64,000 nt of DNA from Octopus sinensis (Eukaryota), in assembly GCF_006345805.1 (NCBI RefSeq), contig NC_043003.1, positions 39,804,001-39,868,000 of the forward strand, in the 5' to 3' direction. Below the pieces are notes generated by a model. That model saw only the letters and a list, made by a program, of their open reading frames with translations. It did no database searches and was not told where the DNA came from. The translations under genes and the position numbers were made by a program. Shown here piece after piece: positions 38,401 through 50,400 of the stretch (positions are counted from its first letter, which is position 1; every line of letters begins with the position of its first letter).

Positions 38401-41400
38401 GCTGTTCTAGAAAAATCCAGAAGTCAAAACATTGGATCAACCGTAATGAAATACGAATTTTTATTGGTTAGGACATGTGGTAAGAATGAAAGAAAATAGA
38501 TTTTTCTTGTCATGGACTCTTCAATGAATTAACCATGGGGATGTCCTTTCTGCTGTTACAGAGACCAGTTAAAAATCAACTTTCAAAATGGTTGAAAATG
38601 AGACAAAAACATGAGAAACTGAAATTCAGAACAATTCCCATTGGCATAACTCCATCATTACCACTACTGTAACTGACCTTTTTGAAGTCCAAAGAAAAAA
38701 GGAAACTGTAAAGAACATAACGAATGTGTGATATGCATGAACAAGAAGGAAACACTCATTCAGAAGGAAAGTGTAATTCTCAAGCATAAGAAACAGCCAC
38801 CACCTCCGTCAAGATTTTATATACTCTTTTACTCTTTTACTTGTTTCAGTCGTTTGACTGTGGCCATGCTGGAGCACTGCATTTAGTCGAGCAAATTGAC
38901 CCCAGGACTTATTCTTTGTAAGCCTCGTACTTATTCTATCGGTCTCTTTTGCCGAACCGCTAAGTTACGGGGATGTAAACACACCAGCATCAGTTGTCAA
39001 GCGATGTTCGGGACAGACACACACACACACAGACACATATATACGACGGGCTTCTTTCAGTTTCTGTCTACCAAATCCACTCACAAGGCTTTGGTCGGTC
39101 CAAGGCTGTAGTAGAAGGCACTTGCCCAAGGTGCCATGCAGTGGGACTGAACCCAGAACCATGTGGTTGGTAAGCAAGCTACTTACCACACAGCCATTCC
39201 ATATCAGCATATAGGTGCTGATATGCACACACCTGTACGTAATGGCTATGTGGTTAAGAAGTTTACTTTGCAACCACATGGTTTGGGGTTCAGTGCCACT
39301 GTGTGGTATCTGGAGCAAGAAAGAGTTTTCTACTACAGCCCCAGCTCAACCAATGCCTTGTGAGTGAATTTGGTTGATGGAAAACTGCAGTAAGACCTTA
39401 GAAGCTACGGTAAATAATTGAAGTCAATAATTCAGGTCAATAGCAAATAGTTTGGCACCAAGTAACTTGTGCTTCTGAAACATATCGCTGCTTTACAATT
39501 ACCAATAAATCATAGGGCCCTTGCTGCACTATAAATTTCAGCTTTTAAATGTTATAAATTCAGTTTATTGTCAACATATACAAATACAATGAGAGACTGT
39601 TTACATTTAAAGTTGTCAAAACAATAATTAATGAGTAAAGCAACAGACACTATCAATATACAACGACAGAAGAAAATAATATTTCTTGCTAATTTTGATA
39701 CAAAGCCAGCAATTTCAAGTGATGGGGAAAATCGATTACGTCGACCCCAGTACTCCACTCATACTTATTTTATTGACTTTGAAAGGATGAAAGGCAAATT
39801 TGACCGTGGCAGTATTTGAATTCAGAACATAAAGCCAGAAGTACTGCTATGCATTTTGTTAGCTTTACAGAAAAATATAATAATAATGGTAATAATAATA
39901 ATGTGGCTCTCATGGCTTCTCATCGTAACTGATTGGAAGTGTTATCATATACATTGTTTTGCCTCGATATAAAAGATGGGCTACAGCAAATATTCTGCTC
40001 AATGCCACAGATTTGCTTGTCAGTTGTTTCACCTTAACCAGCTGAGCATGTCCCTTAGTGACTGACAATATGTGTATCTCTGACCATAAGCAGAAGTAGT
40101 GAGGGAACAAAATAGTCATGTGTCGGGAGGAATTCATTGGGGTTTGGATAATTCACCTCATGGGTGTTTCAGTCAACATCCTTAAACAACCCTTATTCAG
40201 GGACCTTTTGAGTGGGATGGGCTACTCGACCTGAAGAAAATTCTAACAGGGCTCCACCTGTAAGGTCATGCTTTGTTAATCTTGATATGAGATCACCATG
40301 TTGTGTACATATAGTTGTGATGCACGTTCCTGGTGTACCCTTGTCAGACGGGTAGTCATGATGGCTATACTGAGCTTCGTATATTTTACCTCAGTGTCAC
40401 TTTGAGGGCATGCACTGCTCTCTCACTCAATAATAATAATAATAATAATCATCCTTTCTCCTATAGGCACAATGCCTGAAATTTGGTGGGAGGGGAGGGC
40501 AGTCGATTAGATTGACCCAGTACACAACTAGTGTTTAATTTATTGACCCTGAAAGGATGAAAGGCAAAATCAACCTCAGCAGAATTTGAACTCAGAATGT
40601 AAAGATAGACGAACTGCTGCTAAGCATTTTGCCTGGCATGCTAATGATTCTGCCAGCTTGCCACCTTAAATAATAATAGTAATGCAGTGATTTCTAATGT
40701 TGTTGCAGGTCATACAGCAGCATTTCATCTGTCTTTATGTTTTGAGTTCAAATTCCACCAAGGCTGATTTTGCCTTTCATCCTTTTTTGGGGGGGGGGGG
40801 TCAATAAAACAAGTATCAGCCAAGCATTGGGATCAATGTAAATCACTAGCCATCTCTCCCCCAAAATTTCAGGCTTTGTAGAAAGAGCATGCTCAACTAG
40901 ATAGTGTCAATGACAAGCACAACAAAACTAACACATCACTTCACCCACAACATTCCTACTCAAATCCAGAGATATGTTACCAGACAGCATTAAAGATACT
41001 CAACAGACAATACATACCTGTTTCTTTGATATTGCTGACTTTTCAGACTTTTGGAAGAAGTTCAGCTTCTTTTTGGCAGCTTTGGTCACAGTGGGGGCCT
41101 TCTTTTGGTTCAGCTGGATTTTCTCCTGGCTCTTCTAAGATCAGACAATTTAGACACACATATCAATGATTTGGAAAGACACAGTATATTACAGGTATTT
41201 AATATGTATCAAATATAACCAAATATCATGTATATCCAAGCATTTGCAATTAATGCTTATCTCCAAGAGTATACATAGTTATCAGTCACTCTGATGATGT
41301 GGCCAGTCCAGTGTAACTGAGCATTCAGCAACATTGTTGAACCAGCTGTGTCCAATACTTCTTGGTTTGTCACTGTCCTTCCAGCAAATATGCCCATGAT

Positions 41401-44400
41401 CCTGTGCAGTGCCCTTGTGTGAAACTGTTCCAGCTGTCTGATGTGCTGATGGCATAGGAGTCAATGTTTCACATCCATAGAGTGGAGTAGAGACGATTAA
41501 AAGGAAGGCCTAAACTAAGGTACAAAGACATGCTGAAAAACAACCTCATTGGTCCACTTGAACTTGAAGCCTCTGCCTCAGGCAGATCAGCATTTGAAGA
41601 GGATCGGCAACAGCGTCTCACTACTGCAAGAGAAAAGATGTCACAAAGTAGTGTCCACTCAATCCAGTCAACAGAATTAATACTTGGAGATAAGCATTAA
41701 TTGCAGACTACCACTATGACATCTATGGGCATCTGTGTGCTTCCAGCTTTGGATTGCGGAGTCACATGCACTCATCACTGAGAACACAAACTTTGTCACT
41801 GTTGGACAATGACAGACCATCAACAAGTGTATAACATGAAGATAATGTGTAATAAAATATTTACCTGGATAAGACTCTGCTCAATTTCAAATAAACATAT
41901 TACATTGCACAAATAAAACTCAGCACTATGCAACACCAGCTAATTCTATCCACAGTTACTGCTGTGGTTTACAGTGAGGTGAATATCTCTCTGTGGTACC
42001 TACTAACAGCTAAGTGGGCTGTACCTCATTGTGGTACCTACTTATATTTATGTGGACTGTACTTCACTGTGGTGCCTTCTTACAGTTAGGTAGACTATAC
42101 CTCACTGTAATCTCTATGTACAGTTGGAGAGTACCTCACAGGTAACTACTTACATCAAGGTCAACTGTACTTTCCAATGGTACTTACAGTTAGGTGTACA
42201 ATATCTCAATGTGGAACCTACCTACTGCTTGGTGGAATCTAATTCACTGTGGTATCTACTTACAGCTCAGCAGTCTGCACCTCACTGTAGTACTAACTTC
42301 TGGGTAGATGGAATCTACAGAACTATGTGGTTAGAAGTTGAGACCCCAGCAAAACACCCAAAGCAGTTGTTGTGACTGTTTCATTCATGTAGTTTGCAAC
42401 AAAACAGATTTTGAACAAACAGTCTTCCATGCTAAAAGAAACTTTATCATCTCAACTGACCTGTAACATTTCCTCTTTATGCTTTTTCTTCAACTCCTCC
42501 ATCTGCAAACGCCACATTTTCTCTTGATCTTTCAAGTGTGAAGTGAAGTTTTTCTCAAGGTTTTGAATCTAGACACAAAAATTAAATAGTAAGGTCTTCA
42601 CCATCATTTTCATCATAACCAGCTCTCAGGTGCACTACAACTCATCAGAAAATGTAACCAAAACTGCATGAACAGTTCAAAGAATATGCACAGAAAGTGA
42701 ACAGTGAAAAAGTCTTTAAAAAAAATTGAAGAAGAAACTGGGGTGAGGGTGGGGGGTATCAGGTGTACTGTTGGCGAATTTCAGGAAGGATAGAAGATTT
42801 TGAAAGATGTAGTGTTCTGACAGTAAACAACTGATGCAGGTAGTTTATTCTATGGTTCAGCAATTCTGAGTGCAAAAAATGTTTCCAAAAGTCATGGGTG
42901 CTGTGTTGTTTTTTTGATTTTGTAAGCATGTCCATATATTCTTTTATTCTTTTATTTGCTTCAGTCATTTGACTGTAGCCATGCTGGAGCACTGCTTTGA
43001 AGGGTTTTAGTTGAACAAATCGGCCCCAAGACATTTTCAAACCATTATGCCATGCTTGAGAAGAAGACCCATCAAGCCAAGTAAAATCGCAGTCATGGCA
43101 GATACTGGCATCATGCAAATGGCACCTGTGTTGGTGGCACATAAAAACACCCATTACACTCTTGGAGTGGTTGACATTGGGAAGGGCATCCAGCCATAGA
43201 AATCATGTCAAATCAGACAGAGCCAACTGTGGGGTATGCATCAATTTAATTGAGGGATCAGAGTTCTCCTTCAAACAGGGACAACATTTCACAATGAAAA
43301 GCAGCTTCACATGTGCTTTGAAGAAAATTCCCAAAAACAGAAAAATAGCATTCAGCCAACACATCGATATTTGCGCCAATAACAAAATTCCAAGCTTCAG
43401 AATTTTTCCACTCTACCAATTCAGGGATGATACAACCTGCAGCAAGCGAATTAATACAGAGACTCTCTTTATTACAAAATATAGACCCTTTTGAATGCAT
43501 CTAACAACAAACGACATATCCACCACGGCCTTAGAATAACACACACAAATACTAAAAATGATACATTCAAGAGACACCCAAGAATTCATTAGAAACAGTC
43601 CCAATCACTGCTATAATCCACAATGAGTCACTTTTAGGTCACTTGACCATTTAATATCCTACTACTATCATACCATCCCACATTCCCTTATTCTCTCTAG
43701 CACTACATCATCTCACTTCTGCTCTCTCTTACACCTTTGCTATTTCCTATTCTCTCTCTTTCCCTAGGTCTCTCTCTCCTATTGTTTTTCCTCTAAGTAA
43801 CCAAGTATCTCCCTTACATCAGCACACTTGTTTCTGGCCTCTTTCTTGTACCTCTTTCTCTCACTCTTTATCTCTTTTCTCTTTCTCTCACTGGGTAATC
43901 ATGTACCTCCTCTGTAGCAAGACACCTTTTTCTGTCTCTCTATTTCTCTGTTACACTCTAACCTTTCATCATCTACTACTGAATCACTTCCTCTAATGCC
44001 CCCTCTGTTGTGGAAAGACACCTGCTTCTGTCTTTCTGTCTCTTTGTCACACTCTAACCTTTCATTCTCTGACACAAGTTCCCCTCCTCAAATGCCCCTA
44101 ACCCTCTCATAATTCCTTGTCATGTGAGTTACTTGGTTACCCTACTAGTGCTGGTGCTAAGTTAAAAGCATCCAATCTACACTGTAATGTGGTTGGCGTT
44201 TAGAAAGGCATCCAGCTGTAAAAACCATGTCAAAACTAACCTCACCTGTGTTGGTGTCATGTAAAAAGCACTGAGCCCATTCTGCAGAGCAGTTGGTGTT
44301 AGAAAGGGCATCTAACGATAAAATCCCTGCCAAAACAGTCACAGTAGCCTAGGATAGTTCTTCTACTTGGCTGGCTCCTGTCAACCATCCTACTCATGCA

Positions 44401-47400
44401 TGCATGGAAGATTGACGTTAAACAATGATGATGAAACATGACAACCAAATGAAAAGTCAACACACTTCATGCATTGACATGTAGTTAAGATGGTGAAGTC
44501 AGATGGGTAAGTAATGATGGATGATATCATATGTAATACTGTAGCATGTAGTATGCAGTGATAATCTGGTGTGTAACATGTTGTAGCATCCTTTTCTACA
44601 CTAGGCACAAGGCCTGAAATTTTTTTGGTGGGGTGGGGCAGTCGATTAGATTGACCCCAGTAAGCAACTGGTACTTAATTTATCGACCTCTGAAAGGATG
44701 AATGGCAAAGCCAACCTTGGCAGAATTTGAACTCAGAACGTAAAGACTGATGAAATACTGCTAAGCATTTCACCAGGCATGCTAACATTTCTTATTTCTT
44801 TACTGCCCACAAGGGGCTACACACAGAGGGGACAAACAAGGACAGACAAACAGATTAAGTCGATTATATCGACCCTTGTGCATAACTGGTACTTATTTAA
44901 TCGACCCTGAAAGGATGAAAGGTAAAGTCGACCTCGGCGGAATTTGAACTTAGAACGTAGCGACAGACGAAATACCGCTAAGCATTTCGCCCGGCGTGCC
45001 AATGTTTCTGCCAGCTCGCCACCATAGCATGTTGTAGCATTGAGGCATATAGGATACTGGAGCCGTGTGGTATAGTTGTCTGTAGGATGATGTAAAAGTT
45101 GCTTAAGAATAAGCTTACTAGTCCCTTAGCAAAGCCTGAACTCATAAATTGTGTGTCACCATTCTTCAAGCCTAAACATTTAAGGAATACAACTATGTTC
45201 AGACATACGGTACCTTTTTCTGCAATAGTTTCTCTGAAAGTTTGGCTTCCTTTCTGAACACAGCTAAATCTTCCTGACTTTTTTTCGGTGCTGCAGAAAA
45301 TACAGCTTTGTTTTCCTGATGGGCTAAGACTACGGACTTTTTCTTTCTGTTGCTCTCTTGAACTACTGGTGTTGACATATTCTTTGGTAATGCTTGAGGA
45401 ACAGCATCGACTTCATCATCATCATCACGAATGGCACCCAAATTTGTTTGCTTGACAGCTGCAAAATAAACATAAGGTCATCATGTTCATAGTATTTCCA
45501 TTGTATCAATGTGTGTTTGTTTCTCCTTGCCTTAACATTGCATGATAATTGTAAACAAGTGTCACCCTCATACAAGTGTTGTCATTCATTTCCAATCTTT
45601 CATAAAAACATGTTGAGCCATGGGGGATATATATCACCTTGCTTGGAAGTGGCTGAAGGTTGGTGACAGGTATGGCATCCGGTCATAAAATCTGTCTTGG
45701 TGAATTCTGTCTGACCCAAGCAAGCATGGAAAAGTGGACATTAAAATGATGATAATGGTACACACACACACACACACACGTGTGTGTGTGCATGCATGCT
45801 CATATCTTATTGCACCATGTATGTCTGTGACCAAGAAACTGAACTCTAGCTTCGACATAAACATTACACAGTAATGACAACTCTGATGTAAATCTGATGA
45901 CTATTTCCTTAATTTGTAGAGCTCAGTTGAAATCCTTACATGGCTATATCTTAGGTAAAGAGCGGTTCTACCAAACTAAGTTACTCCAAGATACACTACC
46001 TGAAGGGTACTCTGACAAGATTCTGGATTACTGGGGTTGGCACTCCTAGCTTTCTCTCATAGCCTTCTTCAATATCATCTTAAAAGACGGAGTTCATGTC
46101 CCAGCTTCCATTTTGAATAATTTTACTGTTACCTTAAAAACATTTAATTCTAACACCAGAAAAAATAGGCAAGAAATAACATTATCAAATTGTTAAATTC
46201 CCTAACAGTAATAAGAACTGGACAGACTGTAATTAACTGAACAGATTGCAAATTAATAGGCAGCTCGTAATTAAATAGGGATAACTTGAAATTAAGTGGA
46301 AAGAGGGTAATTAACTGGACAGACTCTAATTAAAGGGGCATCTAATTAAATGGGTAACTTGTAATTAACTGGAGATGGTGAAATTAAGTGGTTATCTGAC
46401 TGAATGGGTGGCTTGTAATTAACTGTAGACAATGCAATTAAATGGACAAACTATAATAAACTGGACAGATTGTAATTAAGTGGTCAGGTTGTAATTATGT
46501 GAACAGCTTATGATTTGCTGGAGAGCAGGTAAGTTATGGAGGACAGTTGATAACTAAATGGATACATATGTTTATTGAGTAGCTTGTAATTCACCGGACA
46601 AATGTATTTAACTAGACAGTATGTAGTTAATTGGGTATATATTGCTCAACTGGACAAATTGTAAATACGTAGAAAGAGAAATAATTCCAGGTGTTTAAAC
46701 TTACAAAATTTTTTCATTAATTCCTTAAGATTGGCTTCATATTGCAAATCCCTTTCATGGAATAACTTCCACATATTGGCAGTCTCCTTCTGGAAAATTG
46801 TAAGAATAAAAACACATTACTATCATCATCATCATCATCGTTTAACGTCCGTTCTCCATGCTAGCATGGGTTGGACAGTTCGACCGGGATCTGGGAAGCC
46901 AGAAGGCTGCACCAGGCCCAGTCTGATCTGGCAGTGTTTCTACAGCTGGATGCCCTTCCTAACGTGAATAATATAGAATTTCAATATTCAACCCTTATTA
47001 ATATTCTAAAGACTAGGGTTTCCACCTCAAGCATCAGAAAATACTTCAACTTTGATCGATGGACAACCTCTACAAAGCAAAAATGTAACCAACATCAAAG
47101 TATTGTTTATATACTTTGCTTCACTTTATCTGTCAGTCTGGAGGAAAAGCAGGGACTCTGAGACTTGTAGAATGGTGGGTAAGAAATATCCTCAAACCAG
47201 GGACCTCACCTAAATTCTTGTAACAGAATAGATTCTGCTAAAGACACCAAAGGTATCAGATGGTGGTGTTAAATTGCATGATATGATTAAGTCTACCACC
47301 CTAACATGAAGCTGTTGACACCTGCACACATGCTCAACAGTCACTTGCCAATACGATACAACCATTAGATCACAGATGTGTTGTTGTCCCTCTCTCTCTC

Positions 47401-50400
47401 ACTTCTCTGTGCCTCCAACTCCTCTCAGACAGCAACCTGCACAAAAGTAGCAGCACTACCACCACCACCTCAACCCACTTAATTGTCTCACAGAGATGAC
47501 AAAGGACCAAGACAATTGGTAATCTACTGTGCCTGGGAAGACTTGTCCATCATGGAGAAAATGAGGTCCTAAGAGCATTTTGTTTATGCCTAAACATGCT
47601 AGGTCTTGCCCCTGCACCAAATGTTTTCTAGCAAGCATTCCCTATATCTCAAACCCACCCACCACCACTCTTCTAAGGCACTATCAGGCTGCTATAATCT
47701 CTTGAGAGTAGAACCAGCACATTTCAACCTACCTCCTTTATTTTTGAGCTCCCTTAGAACAACCTCCTTTTAATAACCACCCCTTGTTCTCAGTTTCAAC
47801 CCTTCCCACATCATTTTTCATCTATAACTCCCGTGCCTCGCCACTTCCTGAGCCTTCAGTTATCTCTCCCTCTCCTCTAAGTTACATCTCAGACCTGCCA
47901 TACCTCATCTTCATATTTGCCATCATTCTCTACACCTCCTCATATCCACCATCAGTGACTCTACTCCACCATTATTGCCCCACTCACTTTAACCATCCTT
48001 ACATACCTCTGACCTGCATATCTATTACTGTACTTCACCTTGCATATCACCTCCCTACTAATGATGGTGGGTAAGAAATATCCTCAAACCAGGGCCCTCA
48101 CCTAAATTCTTGCAACAGAACAGACTCTGCTAAAGACGCCAAAGGTATCAGATGGTGGTGTTAAATTGCATGATGAGATTAAGTCAACCATCCTAACATG
48201 AAGCCTATTGACACCTCACTTTACTCAACTCCATACTAATATTTTCCATCAGCTATACTCACCCCTTATTCATTACTACATTCACCTCTACTTCCATCTT
48301 TAACCATCTGTTGCCCTCCTCTGCCACTCATATGAAATTATCCCCACCACCATCACTCCACTGTCTGCAGTCTCTCTTATACTTACCTTCTTATATCATT
48401 GTGTGATGCTCTGACATCTCATTACCACCATCTCTATTTAGTTTTCAGTTACTCTCATCCACCCTTATGCATTGTGGGGTAGCCATGTATCTCTTCTAGA
48501 GCAACACACCTGTACTTGTTTCTCACTTAGCCTTCCAACACCAAGCATGAAACCATCTCTCCCCCTCTCAAAGCCACCATCCACAAATCAACCAAAGGGC
48601 TTTTTCCTTCTCTTCCTCTGTGCTCATGGGTGTAAAAGAAAAAAAAGCATCCAATACACACTGTAAAATGGTTGGTATCTGGAAGCGCAACTAACAATAG
48701 AAACTATGTCAAAGCTGACACTGGAGCTCAATGCAACCCCCTTTACATTTTGTCAAACTGTCCAACCCATACTAGCAGAGAAAACAGATATTAAATAATG
48801 GTGATGATAATACTATGATTTAAATACAAACTTTTAATATAAATATATTCAAGACACCAGGTACAATGCTTAGAGGTATTTTGTCTGTCTTTACACCTAA
48901 GTTTAAATTCCACCAATGTTGACTTTACCTTTCATCCTTTCGGAGTCTACAAAATAAATACCAGTTGATCACCAGAATCGAGATAATTGATTAAGCCCCT
49001 CCCTCAAACTTGCTGGCATTGTGTCAAAATTTGAAACCAATATTAATAGACTCAAGAGAAATTTACATGTTTTTGAGTGTCTCTTTCTTCAAAGGCTTGC
49101 AGCTGATCCCTGAGCAACTTCAGTTCCTTTTCAAAAGCCAGGTTGTTAGTATCTGATGCTGGCATGATACTACGACTACCACTGCCATGGCCACTACTAC
49201 TGTCACCATCTGTGTTTACTGCAGTGGTAGGGACCACTGTGATGTCACTGTGTCGCTTTGTCAAATGGGTCTGTAAGTATGAGTGGTGTAGAAATGCTTT
49301 CGGACAATAAGGACACTGCAAAGGAAAAGGTTAGAAAAAAACATAAGGAAGAATTTAAAAATGAAGTTTGGAGGAAATGTAAAATAGAATTACTGTACAT
49401 ACTCATGTGTCAAGGCACCCTATATCATATTTCATTTTAACTGAAAAACTAAGGTGTCACTTATGGGGCGAAGTTGAAACTACAGAGGGAAAATAATTTG
49501 TACTAAGATTTAACACTGAATTAGGAGAGCAACTTATGTACATTACTGCAACATACACACAAGTAAATACGGTATTTATTTACTTATAAATAGAATTGTT
49601 CAAATTAACTGAAAGATATAAGTAACAGAAATGGAAAATACAGTTCAATTTATTATTGCAATCTGTAATTATAACCTTTATATTATGATTTTTTAGCCAC
49701 ACCAATCCTCTTTCTCAAACCTAGTCAAACTATTCCTTTAAGTCATTCCTATAATTTCCAACCACAACCACAACCAACCTTCACCTATAAGCCATCATTA
49801 ATCTCTTAATGTTGAGCCACCACTACTTATCTTTCTATTTGAGCTATAACCCAAGCTTCACTAATCTCCTTAAAACTTGTTTTGCATGAGCAGACTATTT
49901 CTCCAATCTGTCCAAAGCTGTAAAAGTAGCATCCTCCATCAATTTGGATACCCCTCAAATTGACATAACCCCTAAACTTTTTCAATATCACATCAACATC
50001 CATCAAACCAATACTGATCACAGCCTACCAATCTAACTACCATTCACTACCAACTAACACGACTATAAACGAGCCTACTACGAAGCCTCTATATGATTAC
50101 TTAGGCTACTAGAAATATCAGCCAAATTTATTTTACACTATACTTTTAAAAAGAAGGATCAAAAGTCCTTCCTGAGTCATAGGCTCATAAGGCTGGATTC
50201 CTGGATTCTGAGGTGTATATATTCCCCTACTGGATAGGACACTAGTCCATTGCATGGTAACTCAATTTTAGCAACTGAGTGGACTGGAGTAATGTGAAAT
50301 GCTTTGCTCAAGAACTTGATCCAAGAATTGGAACCACAATCTTATGATCATGAGTGCAACATCCTAACCACTAAGCCATGCACCGCTACATGTTTTACTC

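Noticed and set aside
45203-45209. Alternative donor CC|GTATGT after exon 7
   Set aside because: Phase 2, incompatible with phase-0 exon 8
41960-46666. Repeat arrays as CRISPR-like
   Set aside because: Degenerate tandem units without unique spacers, eukaryotic intron, no cas genes
49393-49572. Second Tc2-like MITE
   Set aside because: Only one TIR is clear
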